Shown here piece by piece: positions 1 through 10,646 of a DNA stretch of 64,000 nt. Positions within the stretch are counted from its first letter, which is position 1, and the number at the start of each line of letters is the position of its first letter. The notes beneath the pieces were generated by a model. The model did no database searches. It was not told where the DNA came from and was given only the letters and a program-made list of their open reading frames with translations. The DNA is taken from the IMG/VR virus record IMGVR_UViG_3300033121_000902. The stretch is one strand, 5' to 3'. A program made the translations under genes and the position numbers. Source of the stretch: an uncultured virus (IMG/VR IMGVR_UViG_3300033121_000902). Taxonomy: Duplodnaviria; Heunggongvirae; Uroviricota; Caudoviricetes.

Positions 1-726
1 TACGTAACTCTTATATTTCATAGAAACATCGTCTAAATTATTAGTTAGCTGTTTCTTTGTTACATGAGAAAGGTCTGTATAGAAATTATCTACTGCTGAT
101 TTTCCAGTTGCCCGACTATTACAATAGTTTAATAAACCTGTTTGTGTTTCTACTGTAGAAACTTCTAAGCCTTGCTCTGTCAAATCCCACTCAGTAATAT
201 TTTCAGAAGAAACTCCGAAATCATTAGCAGCTTTATATCTTTTACCTGGAGGAACTTGAAAAACGAATGTCCAGTTGCCTAGATTTGTTTTTTCTCTGAC
301 CAAGTTTTTAATTCGATATTGGTCGTATTGTTTGCTTGAATTTTCTTCTCCATCTGTTAGAACAATAACTAAGAAAGCATTATTCTTTCTATTGTTTAAC
401 TTTACAGAAGATAAAGTCTCAATACCTAAGCCAACAGCGTCGTAAAGTGGTGTATGTCCGCCAGTTGGATGATAATCTAACATATTATTAATAAGAGAAG
501 CTTTTACGTTAACGATACCACTATCTACAACAGCTTGATTGCATGTTCCATAAGCATATCGAGATGTTTTATTTGGTAGACGAACAAATGAAACTTTTGT
601 TTCCTGTCCGCTATTTTTTAGTTCGCTAATAAGTCTATCAAAAACTTGTGGAACCTTATTAACTAAATGACTCATAGATTGAGATTCGTCAATAACAAAC
701 AAAACATGGTTGACTAAAGACTTCAT
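1..726 (-). CDS. von Willebrand factor A (vWA/MIDAS) domain protein, 3' end outside window
   Basis: Manual translation from ATG at 726 (RBS GGAG upstream): MKSLVNHVLFVIDESQSM...GGHTPLYDA...VIVLTDGEEN. DxSxS, T and TDG MIDAS motifs are present. Not in the ORF track because it runs off the edge. Confidence 0.85.
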   Translation of the reverse strand, partial: MKSLVNHVLFVIDESQSMSHLVNKVPQVFDRLISELKNSGQETKVSFVRLPNKTSRYAYGTCNQAVVDSGIVNVKASLINNMLDYHPTGGHTPLYDAVGLGIETLSSVKLNNRKNNAFLVIVLTDGEENSSKQYDQYRIKNLVREKTNLGNWTFVFQVPPGKRYKAANDFGVSSENITEWDLTEQGLEVSTVETQTGLLNYCNSRATGKSAVDNFYTDLSHVTKKQLTNNLDDVSMKYKSYV

Positions 727-983
727 AAAAATTCTCCTAGTTAAATTTGGGATAAATTAAGATTTCTGCTTCGCATTCATTACGGTTTTGAAAAACATCT
801 TGTTCTACTTCAAGTAGAAATTTTCCTTGCTGTGGCACAAACCGCACAAATCGTTCTGGAACTTTCTTATTATAGCATACTGTAACCGGAGTGTCAAGTT
901 TAAATACTTTTGTAACCTGAAATTCATAGAACCCGTCTTTTGAAGTTACCGGTTTTTCGAAAAGCAACATTGCTATTCTCCTG

Positions 984-1613
984 TTATGGAATTGGTGATG
1001 GAATATTTCCAGCGTAAAAGTTTTCAAGTCCTATTTTTTGAATTAAATTAACCATATTTCTTCTTCTGAATAAATCAACAGCGTTATTTCTTGTTGCTTC
1101 TAATGCGCAACCCCATAAAATTTCTCTTTTGCGAATTTCATTGATGTATTCTTTAAATTGGTTATTATTATATCCTAAAAAATTTGAAGCTATTTGTTCG
1201 CAATTATTTCTGTATTCAAAAGCTATTTTGTACATTTCTGAACATGTTTGATAACTTGGTAAAAAATAAGTTTCTTGTAGTTTTGGCATATTTTTAGCCT
1301 CTATATACAGATTTTTAATATGAGGCATTAATGTTGCATAATAAAGATGCCAGCTTGTATCGTATTTAATAAAATTAATTTCCCACACAAACAATTCTTC
1401 TTCTTTCACAAATCTTACTACAGAATTTCTAAAGTCTTCTGATTTAACAACTAAATTGCCTATATAAAATTCTATTTTTTCTAAATCGTCTCCTTTATAT
1501 TCGTATTCATTGTTGCAATAATTTAGAATTAGAATTCTATCCTGCTGATATTTATATTCAGCGTCAATTTCTTGGAATGTTAAAACAGTAGCTAGTAAAA
1601 TACTAAGGTTCAT
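984..1613 (-). CDS. hypothetical protein with hydrophobic N-terminus
   Basis: 209-aa ORF, N-terminal MNLSILLATVLTF, tightly packed with neighbours. Confidence 0.6.
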   Translation of the reverse strand: MNLSILLATVLTFQEIDAEYKYQQDRILILNYCNNEYEYKGDDLEKIEFYIGNLVVKSEDFRNSVVRFVKEEELFVWEINFIKYDTSWHLYYATLMPHIKNLYIEAKNMPKLQETYFLPSYQTCSEMYKIAFEYRNNCEQIASNFLGYNNNQFKEYINEIRKREILWGCALEATRNNAVDLFRRRNMVNLIQKIGLENFYAGNIPSPIP

Positions 1614-2067
1614 TTTCGTCCTCTGAATTTAAGAAAGAAAAAAAATTTTCTTCTGCCTGTTCCATATGATATAAATCATTATAAATTTGAATTATATTAG
1701 TACCTCTAAACATCTCTTTATAAAACCATATTTCTGTAGAAGTTCTCATATATTCATCGGTTAAGGCGAAACCTTTTAATGTATTAGGATGACTATATTG
1801 CTTATACATTGATTTTGCGAAAAAATCTCTATGAAAAGTTATTATAGGCAGTTTTTCTTTCAGTTTTTTCTTTGCAAGATAATTTTCCCAAATTATTTGA
1901 CATCTCCTATTTATTTCATAATCTTCTGTATACGAATCAAAAATGCTTCTTGAAATTAAGGCAGCCTCATCTCCCATTTTCATTAGTTGTGCTTGACTAG
2001 CCTCTCTGACTTTATAATCCTGATGATTTAAAGACATAACTAATGCTAATATTACTGCTTCTTTCAT
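1603..2067 (-). CDS. hypothetical protein with HEAT-like helix motif (likely start MKEAVIL)
   Basis: LNHQDYKVREASQAQLMKMG resembles HEAT-like L-x-x-x-D-[FY]-x-x-R-E-x-A helices. The ATG at 2067 overlaps the ligase stop (ATGA coupling), so the longer 5' part of the ORF is probably not used. Confidence 0.55.
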   Translation of the reverse strand: MKEAVILALVMSLNHQDYKVREASQAQLMKMGDEAALISRSIFDSYTEDYEINRRCQIIWENYLAKKKLKEKLPIITFHRDFFAKSMYKQYSHPNTLKGFALTDEYMRTSTEIWFYKEMFRGTNIIQIYNDLYHMEQAEENFFSFLNSEDENEP

Positions 2068-3179
2068 GAAAATAATCTTTCTATTATAGCTTTTTCTGAT
2101 TTTAACCACACTTCTCGTATATGCACATTTGTTTTTCGTGCCGTAAAGAACAAGCTTGACCATTTTGGACACTTGTTTTGTACCATTATAGCAAACTCTT
2201 TCTGAGAAAGCAAGCCCAGATTGCATATTTCACGCCATACAGACTCTATATATACATACTCTTCGTTCATTACTGCTGAAAATTTACTAACGTATTCCAA
2301 AGTTTCTGGATATACAGAAAGTAATTCTCCTAATTCGTTAGAAAGAATAAAAGGCACAAGACATTTTGGAGAAAAAATATTTTCTCCGTTACCACGCATA
2401 GCATGTAAACGTAAATATCCCTTATTTTTTACTTTTATTCTTAAATTCTCACTACGTAATACAAATCCCTCAAAGGTTGGATTTGTATTTTCAATTTCAG
2501 CAAGATAATTTAAAATTTCTTGAGCAGAAGAGAACGCCCACGAAGACGGACGAGGAACGCCAAGAATTTCCGCTACCTGTGCTGCCTTCTCTGCTGAATA
2601 TTCCTCCAACGTATTTCGGTTTATTACGGTTAATAGGAATAGCTGAGGCACGCTATAAGCCCGAACCACCTTATTATATAATGTACATAACTCGAAAGTT
2701 ATACAAAGTTCTGGTGGTAATTGCTGAACCTTGCTACTTTGGCAAAGACTCCAAAAATAATAATTCCAAGAAAGTTTTTTTGGACAATATGGTAGTTCGC
2801 CAAGTCCAAAGCTGCCGCGTGTATTAACTTTCCATGAATTATTGTAGTTATAAAGAAGAATTAAAGAACCGTCTTCTTTAGTAGTAGCTTCAAATTTGTT
2901 CCAGTTAAATGATGAAACTAATTCAGGAGCTTCGCCTAAATTAAAAAAACGATTAAAGCTTTTGCCAACTAAATTCCAAGAGTTTAATTCAAGAACTAAA
3001 CTTCGACATTCAGAAACAATTGGGTGTGTTTTAGGTGATTTAATTTGATTGTAATTTAAAATTACTAAAGGTTCAGTAGTAGAAAACGTAGTTTCAATAC
3101 CCAATTCTGCTTCGAGAGTTTGAAGGTTTTGATTTGGAGAGCGGAGATAGTTTTGAGTCTGTAACATATCAACCTTCAT
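2064..3179 (-). CDS. T4 Rnl1-like RNA ligase
   Basis: Motif I KEDGSL, ECRSLVL and FNRFFN segments, TRGS, FEL, motif IV EGFVL and motif V RIKVK. Confidence 0.9.
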   Translation of the reverse strand: MKVDMLQTQNYLRSPNQNLQTLEAELGIETTFSTTEPLVILNYNQIKSPKTHPIVSECRSLVLELNSWNLVGKSFNRFFNLGEAPELVSSFNWNKFEATTKEDGSLILLYNYNNSWKVNTRGSFGLGELPYCPKKLSWNYYFWSLCQSSKVQQLPPELCITFELCTLYNKVVRAYSVPQLFLLTVINRNTLEEYSAEKAAQVAEILGVPRPSSWAFSSAQEILNYLAEIENTNPTFEGFVLRSENLRIKVKNKGYLRLHAMRGNGENIFSPKCLVPFILSNELGELLSVYPETLEYVSKFSAVMNEEYVYIESVWREICNLGLLSQKEFAIMVQNKCPKWSSLFFTARKTNVHIREVWLKSEKAIIERLFS

Positions 3180-3711
3180 CTTTTTTGAAATATTTTTCTA
3201 AAAAATATGTTTCGTCATTACGTTTAGCGATTTCATCAAATGAGATATTTTCATTTTGATGAAAGTCATAATTAGGTCCACCACTACAAGGATAAGGATG
3301 AAACCGGTCTAAAACTTTTTTCTTAGCTTTTTTAAATAACTCACGTTTTTCTGACGGAATAAATAAATCAAGTTGACCGTGTTCAAATATCATTTCATCA
3401 TTCATATGAATCAAATCCGTATTTTTCTTTAATTAAAGCTTGTAGTTTTAATACTTCGACATCGTTTCCTGTTAATTTAACCCTAAAGTTTGACTTTAAC
3501 CAACCTCTGTCTTCATTAACTTCGCAATTGATATCTTTTAAGAAAGCTAAATTTTTGATATCACCTATAACACTATCTCTGTTTAGTATTTGAAGTTGAA
3601 ACGCTAGTTTTCGTGTCATTTGTTAGCCTCATTTTCAAATTTTTAATTTTAGTTATTTTAACCAAAATCATTTTATCTTTTAAATTAATTTTTTCCATAA
3701 TATTCTCGAAA

Positions 3712-3760
3712 ATAAAAAAACATCCTTAGTACGAGATGTGTTTTTTTTGTACTAAGGATG
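3712..3760 (-). terminator. intrinsic terminator
   Basis: Stem CATCCTTAGTAC/GTACTAAGGATG followed by a T-run on the minus strand, just downstream of ORF 3793..4074. Confidence 0.75.
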
Positions 3761-3792
3761 TTCGACGAATGGGGCGATTTTGCCTTGTGAGC

Positions 3793-4074
3793 TTATTCCG
3801 CTGTTAGCTGATGGATTCGATTGTTAAGCTCTGTTACGTTGAGCTTGCGAGGATTCTTTCGTTCCATCTTCTTTAGCTCAACACCACGCTTACGATACAG
3901 AGCACTACGAGCAAGCACGATATTCTTTGGCATGCCGAGCTTAGTGGCTACCTCATCTGCTGACTTGCTCTGAGTCCAGGTCTCGCAAAACTGTGCATCT
4001 GTTACATGATAACGACGACGTTCACGAGGGGCTGTTTGTTCTGTTGCGACTGCTTGAGTGTTTTCTTCTGACAT
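3793..4074 (-). CDS. small basic helix-turn-helix DNA-binding protein
   Basis: SADEVATKLGM...ARSALYRKRGVELKKM HTH-like pattern, strong RBS AAGGAG, own promoter and terminator. Confidence 0.6.
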   Translation of the reverse strand: MSEENTQAVATEQTAPRERRRYHVTDAQFCETWTQSKSADEVATKLGMPKNIVLARSALYRKRGVELKKMERKNPRKLNVTELNNRIHQLTAE

Positions 4075-4116
4075 GTTTGTTTCTCCTTTAAGGATAAGTT
4101 TTATTGTTTACTACAC

Positions 4117-4644
4117 CTATATCATACCACTGTCTGTTTGGTTTGTCAAGAACATTTTTCTAGTTTCTCCAGCTATCCGGTCGCAAAGTTTGCTAATATG
4201 GTTGGTGTTTCTGTTTACGTGGTTCCAAGTCAACTTGTATCCAATGGATTCTAACCAGTTAATACCGCTCCATAAAGGAAGATTACAATTCCTAGAGTAT
4301 ATTTTATTTCCGCATTTTACGGTTATTTCACTATCAGAAACTATCTGAACCTTGCGGTCCATCTTTAATACATTGCCCTGTTTATATAAATCAAACCAAA
4401 GAGCATTAAAATATGGTGCGAGTTCGGCGAAGTTATTAGTTCCAAAAGAACAGCCGCCTTTAAGAATTGTATAAAAAAATTTATTTTTGTCGAAATAAAA
4501 ACAAGACCAGCCCGAAGACTGGTCTATCGTAGTGCCGCTACCATCGCCTATTAATAATAAATCATATTCTGTTAATTTTAATTGGTCTTGAACATCTTTA
4601 ATGGTTGATGTTACCATGAGAAACAATTTACTCCAGTAGGCCAA
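4117..4644 (-). CDS. ribonuclease H (RNase HI fold)
   Basis: IGDGSG, TNNFAEL, VSDSE, WNHV and CDRIA match the D/E/D/D catalytic layout. Confidence 0.8.
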   Translation of the reverse strand: MAYWSKLFLMVTSTIKDVQDQLKLTEYDLLLIGDGSGTTIDQSSGWSCFYFDKNKFFYTILKGGCSFGTNNFAELAPYFNALWFDLYKQGNVLKMDRKVQIVSDSEITVKCGNKIYSRNCNLPLWSGINWLESIGYKLTWNHVNRNTNHISKLCDRIAGETRKMFLTNQTDSGMI

Positions 4645-4904
4645 CCGAAACCAGAAGCATTGACTTCATCTATATATGTTCTATGAGCATATTCTTTATA
4701 TTGAATACTGGTTCCGCTTGAAGTTGCTGTAACAATATCATTAGCTACACTATCTACAACAAATTTATCTGAACTGTCAATTTTGCCAAATTCTGATTGA
4801 CTTCCACCAACTAGATTATCAAATCTAACTTCCATTCCCGCTTCAGCTGTTATTTGGCCGACAGTATTTAACCCATCTCTTGAGACATAAATTCTATTAT
4901 CCAT
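4611..4904 (-). CDS. hypothetical protein
   Basis: 97-aa ORF with RBS GAGG, G/S/T-rich composition. Confidence 0.55.
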   Translation of the reverse strand: MDNRIYVSRDGLNTVGQITAEAGMEVRFDNLVGGSQSEFGKIDSSDKFVVDSVANDIVTATSSGTSIQYKEYAHRTYIDEVNASGFGWPTGVNCFSW

Positions 4905-5893
4905 GTTTGAACCTCTCTTTTGTAAAAATTAAGAATATACAAAAAGAAGTTACACGAATAATCTTTTTTCCTCATCGGTTAATTCTTTATCAAGAAACCA
5001 TTCTTTAGCGTAAGCGGTCCAATCGTATAGCATGTCTGGATATATCTTAGAATCAGCTTAGTATCCACATGCTTGTTTCCAACATTAAACTTGTCCAACT
5101 ATCAAGAACTTTTAGATATTCTTCTCGCACAAGTGCGTCTGGACATGTATCCGCACATAATTGCAGTTCTTTAGCAAACTGAGCCATAGCTTCTGGTCTA
5201 TAAGAAGCTTCTGCAACTCCTTGAACATACGCTGCTGTTTGCATCTTTAATTCTGTCAAAAAAGATTCATGAACAACAGGGTCTACATCTAAGTCTACCA
5301 ACCATGACTTGTTATCATTGTCACGAACTTCGAAAGTCATCTTCATTTGTGAGTCTCCTTTAAAAGTTACTGGTGAGTCTTGCCACTTGAACAGATTATA
5401 TCATACGATTGCTTCACTGTCAACCACAAAGCTTTGCTTTCATCTATTACTAATTCCTGGAAAACTTTCTTTTCTAAATTAAATCTAACTATTTTTAGAA
5501 GCTTCTGTTTTACGGCTAACATATCTGCTACTGTGATATTGTCAGCTACGCTTTTTATAGTGCCGTTGGCGAAAATAAATAAATACATGCTTCGCTATAC
5601 CTTCTAAGTGTTTGGTTCAAATCCATGCTTGGAAATATAACCACTTTTCCCTCTTCCGATACGGATTGGTTCGCTATTATTGCCTTTTCCTATTGAGCAT
5701 GATTTATGAGCTAATGATTTTTCTCCAGGCTCAGCAAGTTTAATTTCGTGCCAACCTACACCAGCAGCAGAATTTTTAGTTGCCTCTCTTGCTTTCTTAA
5801 GCCTTTCAGCTTGTTCAAAAGTTCCACGAAAAATTGGCTTCATCTTTGATTTCTTTTTTCCAAAAAATAGAGTATAAAGTGTTGCCATTTTTA

Positions 5894-6508
5894 TTACCAA
5901 CCTGTAACGCATGTTTGAGAAAAGAAATCTTCTTTTTTACTAGCTAAATAACTTGCGTGTTCTGCTATTGTTGGAAACATTTTAGATTTAAAACATATAG
6001 GAAAAGTTATCGGTTCTTTTCCTGTTAAATCTATTGGAAGAGTCTTTAGTTTAACATTAGTTTCATGTTGAATACTTTTTCCAGCTTTCTCGATAGCTTC
6101 GCTGTTAGTCCAAAACTTTTTAAGAATATGTTTGTTTAAAGTATTTTTAGCTCCTTCTTCAGTTATCAAATTTTGAGCATACATACTTAATTCTAAATTA
6201 GACTGTAAATATTGTCTTGATGAATTAGTAAGAGAACGTGGGATAAAAACTGTTACAATATCATCAAGATTTTTTTCAACAACAAATTGTTTTCTGTATT
6301 CGTATACCGTAATAGCTTTTTTAGCTTCGGCTTCGCTAAGAAATAAACCAGGCCAAGTTTCTTTATTTTTATAATCATTCGAAAACTTATTCTTAGCTAA
6401 GCCTTCGCGAATAGTTCCATCATACATTAAATACTCTACTTTACTGTTATCAAAAGTCACGTAGTAATACTTATCAAAACTTGGGTGTTTTACAATTTTT
6501 GGAGTCAT
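5894..6508 (-). CDS. hypothetical protein
   Basis: 204-aa ORF coupled to the upstream gene. Confidence 0.55.
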   Translation of the reverse strand: MTPKIVKHPSFDKYYYVTFDNSKVEYLMYDGTIREGLAKNKFSNDYKNKETWPGLFLSEAEAKKAITVYEYRKQFVVEKNLDDIVTVFIPRSLTNSSRQYLQSNLELSMYAQNLITEEGAKNTLNKHILKKFWTNSEAIEKAGKSIQHETNVKLKTLPIDLTGKEPITFPICFKSKMFPTIAEHASYLASKKEDFFSQTCVTGW

Positions 6509-7248
6509 TTTTTCACCTTTGCAATATTACGGAAATAGTTTTCAACAGCTTCACGGTGACGAGGAGACATAAACTGTGTCATAGCTTGCAAAACTTGTTC
6601 TCTTTCTTTCGGTGGAAGATGCCCCCAACCGTCTACTATCTTTCCAAGCTTCCTATAATCTACTTTACCACTTCCAGCTATATTTTCAATACCAGAATCT
6701 TTAAGTGGTTCGTTAGCAGGAGAGGGAGCAGACGAACTTTCTTCTTTTTCCTCTTTAGAATCTTTCTTGTCTTTTTTATTTGCTTTATCTTCCATATCTT
6801 TAATAAGTTTATCTAATTTTGCAATAATAATTTTTTGTTCTGTTTGTGTTTTTTCGCCAGCATTAGCACCTTTTAACCGTTCTTTAACTAAAGCCATATC
6901 TCTAGCAACATCCCCAATATCATCAGATTTCCATGTCTGTAAGTCTTGCAATATCAAAGAAGTTACAGTCTTATATCGTTCAGGAAAATCTCTATTTGAA
7001 AAGTTCTCTAGCCATTCAGCATAATCTTTAGTAGTTTTTTTATTATTTAGGTAGTAACTGTTTAACATCCTGTAGTAAACTATTGTTTGGCCGTCGTAAA
7101 CAATTAACTTACTAAAAGAAATCTTTTTTAGAATCTCATCTGATTTTTCAAAGTTCCCACTTCTATTTAATAATATTCCCGCTCTAACTTCAGCATCAGG
7201 AATTCCAAAAAATAAACTTACCACCAAAATAATGTCAGAAACTACCAT
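6505..7248 (-). CDS. Planctomycete-like exported coiled-coil protein
   Basis: N-terminal hydrophobic stretch, QKIIIAKLDKLIKDME coiled coil, C-terminal WGHLPPKEREQVLQ...RHREAVENYFRNIA motif that I recognise from Planctomycete proteins. Confidence 0.6.
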   Translation of the reverse strand: MVVSDIILVVSLFFGIPDAEVRAGILLNRSGNFEKSDEILKKISFSKLIVYDGQTIVYYRMLNSYYLNNKKTTKDYAEWLENFSNRDFPERYKTVTSLILQDLQTWKSDDIGDVARDMALVKERLKGANAGEKTQTEQKIIIAKLDKLIKDMEDKANKKDKKDSKEEKEESSSAPSPANEPLKDSGIENIAGSGKVDYRKLGKIVDGWGHLPPKEREQVLQAMTQFMSPRHREAVENYFRNIAKVKK

Positions 7249-7510
7249 AGATAAATTTCCTTTTCAATTACTTCCTCAAGGACCGGATAGAATTTGAATT
7301 CGCGGTAGTCCGGTACTCTGCCGTGTGCCTTCTCTGCTAATCTATTATACGCTAATTCTGGAGATATACAAGAACAACCTTGGTATTCTTGACGGTTGCA
7401 TGTATAGATTGCGAACCATGTATTAATGGTTTTATCAAAATATAGAAAAGCATAGTTTGGAGTAAGCTGCCACCATTTTTTAACAGATTTATCTAAGTAG
7501 ACTGTAGCTT

Positions 7511-8053
7511 TCATGAATAAATTTCCTTTAAGTTTTTTACCTTTGATAACAGGTATGTGCGTTCTTCATTTTTTTCTAAATCTATTCCAGATATTTCGTA
7601 AGAATTTTTTCGTTTAACTTTTACTATTCTTTTTGCTCCCCATTCGCTACCGCCAAAATAGTTAAAAGTGACTATTTTTAGAGCAGGATTTTCTTCTTTA
7701 AATAAAGCATTCCAAGTAGGAATAGCGTCAACATGACCTTCCCACACATTGGTAGACTTAGAATAGATAGAAACAGTTGTATCATTAATTAAATATATAC
7801 GTAAACTGTCGTTTGGTACTGCTGAAGCAGGGATTAAGCGAATATATTTAATCGTATGCTCACCGTTACAACAACGGTATGAAAGTGTCCCAACAATAGT
7901 TATTAATTTATCTGCTCTTTTACTAGAATAAGCAGAATTAAGGTAGGTTTTAAGCAAATCAAAAGCTTTTTCCTTATCATATTTATCAGCATTAAAATCT
8001 AATTCTGCTCCAAACTGACTCGAATTATGCATTAAGTAAATTTTTACTGACAT
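7511..8053 (-). CDS. protein with C-terminal WYL-like domain
   Basis: VTFNY...KRIVKV...ISGIDLEKNEERTYLLSKV follows the WYL pattern F-x-Y...R-x-V...D...R-x-[FY]-x-x-x-[KR]-[IV]. Confidence 0.5.
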   Translation of the reverse strand: MSVKIYLMHNSSQFGAELDFNADKYDKEKAFDLLKTYLNSAYSSKRADKLITIVGTLSYRCCNGEHTIKYIRLIPASAVPNDSLRIYLINDTTVSIYSKSTNVWEGHVDAIPTWNALFKEENPALKIVTFNYFGGSEWGAKRIVKVKRKNSYEISGIDLEKNEERTYLLSKVKNLKEIYS

Positions 8054-8104
8054 GGTGTAATTTCCTTATGTGAGATTTTTAAACAATTTTTATAGGAGAT
8101 AATC

Positions 8105-8161
8105 ATGAATATCGGTGGATATTGGAATGGTGTCACATGGGTTGCCATTTCTCGCGGTTAA
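8105..8161 (+). CDS. candidate 18-aa micro-ORF MNIGGYWNGVTWVAISRG
   Basis: AGGAG RBS directly upstream, in an intergenic gap, opposite strand to neighbours. Confidence 0.3.
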   Translation: MNIGGYWNGVTWVAISRG

Positions 8162-8184
8162 TCTAACTAAATCCAAGAGCAATA

Positions 8185-9345
8185 TTATACGGACATAGTA
8201 TTGCTCTTGTATGTTAGTGAGATATTATAAGCTTTATTAATATCTTCCAAATCCTTGATATAGCTACCGTCTAACAAACGGTCCTTGCCGTCTAGCAAAG
8301 AAATAATTTTTCTTGGGTCATTTTCTTTCAACGTATCAAAACAATAGTCTACAGCAATCTTTGCCCAACGGTCATCAGCCTTCTTTCCCATTTTACGACG
8401 CTTTTCTAGTTTTGTCAATAGGATTTCTAGCATTAGTTCCCTTGTCGGACGAGTACAAGGAAGAGTTTTTGAAAATCGAGAATATAAAGCTCCATCCTTA
8501 AATTCTTGCAATTTAGTTTCGTTGTTGCAAGTCGCCCAAACTAGAACTTTTGCACTTGCTGACTGCTTTCCAATTCTAGCGTTGGTCCTTGTAATCAAAC
8601 CTTGCTCATCCATAATGGAGAATAAGCAGAAAAGGTTGTCCATATTAAACTTTTCGATTTCGTCAAAGCAGAGGATATCGGGCAGGACTCCAGATTGAGC
8701 CTTCTCTAAAATCCATGTCTCTAAACCAGCTTTACTGATTGTTGTACTATTGACTAGTGCAACACGCTCAACATCTCCACCGTGTTCGTACCACCTTTTA
8801 AATGATTCAAACATCTTTGTTTTACATGAAGCTGGTGGGCCATATAGAAGAACGTGGTTCCTGTCTTCATGTCCTGATTCTACAAATGACTCTGTAGACG
8901 AGTGAATCAGTCTAATATGAGCATCACGCTCATAAATTCCGTTAAAATAATTGTTAATAATCTCGTCATCAATAGGGTTAACTTGAAAAGATGGCCTATC
9001 TTCAGAAATAGCTACTTTTTCTTCTTTTTCTTTCTTGTCTACAGCTTTCCATTCGCGTGCTTCAGCAGCACGAATAACAAATATCTTGGCTTTTTCGAGC
9101 ATTTTTACAGCAACAGCTTCACTACGAGCAATAGGTTTGCTCAAGATTACAGTGAAACTATAAAAATATGAACCGTCTTCTTCTTCTGGACCTTTTAGGT
9201 CAATACATTCAGCAGAAATATTTGACACGCTAGCACGATTTTTACATGCGTTCGTAATGTCGTGGACTTGATTCTTTAGTTTTGTTTCGTTTAGCTTGTT
9301 GCTTGTCGCCCGTTCAACCTTGATTTCTGTAGTTACCTTAGACAT
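8185..9345 (-). CDS. AAA+ ATPase
   Basis: Walker A GPPASCKT, Walker B LCFDEIEK, sensor ATCN, arginine finger ALYSRF. Confidence 0.85.
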   Translation of the reverse strand: MSKVTTEIKVERATSNKLNETKLKNQVHDITNACKNRASVSNISAECIDLKGPEEEDGSYFYSFTVILSKPIARSEAVAVKMLEKAKIFVIRAAEAREWKAVDKKEKEEKVAISEDRPSFQVNPIDDEIINNYFNGIYERDAHIRLIHSSTESFVESGHEDRNHVLLYGPPASCKTKMFESFKRWYEHGGDVERVALVNSTTISKAGLETWILEKAQSGVLPDILCFDEIEKFNMDNLFCLFSIMDEQGLITRTNARIGKQSASAKVLVWATCNNETKLQEFKDGALYSRFSKTLPCTRPTRELMLEILLTKLEKRRKMGKKADDRWAKIAVDYCFDTLKENDPRKIISLLDGKDRLLDGSYIKDLEDINKAYNISLTYKSNTMSV

Positions 9346-9380
9346 AGCTACCTCATTAGTTGGTTTCAGTTAACAAGTTC

Positions 9381-9408
9381 ATTATAGCACGCTTTGCATG
9401 CCTGTCAA
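9381..9408 (-). promoter_or_regulatory. sigma70-type promoter, GCATGC-spacer class
   Basis: TTGACA-GGCATGCAAAGCGTGC-TATAAT. Confidence 0.75.
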
Positions 9409-10618
9409 GGTCTACCAGTCAGTTTCTTTATTAAGCCAGCTTGCAATACATTGCGTTATTTTCCAATCGTTGGCAACCCATAAAAATACCCAAAATGTTA
9501 CAGGCCAATAATTAGATATCATAACCGTTAATATAACATCTCCTCTAGTATATTTTCTTTTATCGCATTTTCTTGCTAGCTTATATGTAATGCAAGTCAT
9601 TAATAAATGTAATATAATTATTAAAACTAGTATCATTGTACAACCTTGTGTTTTTTAATGTAATTAATGAAATTTGTTAAATCTTCTTTGGTCCAGCTAT
9701 GCGGATAGCACGCATTATTTAGAATCGAAGTATATTTCTTTTCAATAGTTGGGAAGTTTAATTTTTCAGCTTGAAAATAATTAATAGATTCCCAATCCAT
9801 TAATGTGATGTTTTCCATTAAACATTGCACAGCGTATTCGGCATGTTCTGCTTTTTGAAAATCGTCTACATATTTAGACAATAAATCTTGTTTCTTTTGG
9901 TAGTCTGGATTTTTAAAGAAAAAATAAGGAGTGTTATCTTTTTCCCAACAAAAAGAAATTCTTTCGCATTCTCCTTTAATAACAATATCACAACTACCTA
10001 CTGATGCACTTTCAATAACATGATATCCACAAAATACTTCAAGCCCATGAAGAACTCGCCCATGAGATTGACCAGTGTATTTATCATACCACCACATAGA
10101 AAGACTCCAAAAAAGTTTATCGAACTTCCCAAACTTCAAGATTAAATTCGCTGAACCCCTTCTCTGCTAAGAAATTTTCCAACTCAATCCTTTTCGCGTG
10201 TTGACATATATTAAAGACACCGCAAATTTGTCTTACTCCGCCTGGACCTTTCGCTGTTAAAATTTCTACGTCTTTCTTAGAAGCCGAGCTTCCTATTTTA
10301 TTAAGAAGCTCAATATCTTTTTTATTTTTAAGTTTTCTTTTTGCTACGCTCATTGCTTTTAGTTCCTGGGAAATAAAACTTTTTTGTGTTTACTTTAACT
10401 GCTCCGCAATTTAAAAGACAAACTTGATAGTAATTGTTAATCTTAAATGTTTGATATTTAATCAAGCCGTCTTCAGCCATTACCATAGCAGCATTCCATA
10501 CTGCCATGTATTCATCCTCTTGGAACAGGTCGAAGACTTCACGTAAGTCTATAACGACCTTTTCCTGTAACTGTTCAAGAATCTTCAGTTTGTATTTTTC
10601 TAGTAGGTTCATAGTTAC

Positions 10619-10646
10619 ATTCTAGCATGCTTTACATGCTTGTCAA
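10619..10646 (-). promoter_or_regulatory. sigma70-type promoter, GCATGC-spacer class
   Basis: TTGACA-AGCATGTAAAGCATGC-TAGAAT. Confidence 0.7.

Noticed and set aside
3721..3760. Sarcin-ricin-loop-like CTTAGTACGAGA
   Set aside because: It is one arm of a terminator hairpin, lies on the non-transcribed strand and lacks the GGACC half.
1..9345. MoxR-vWA chaperone pair
   Set aside because: The AAA protein lacks recognisable MoxR signatures and lies 7.5 kb from the vWA gene.
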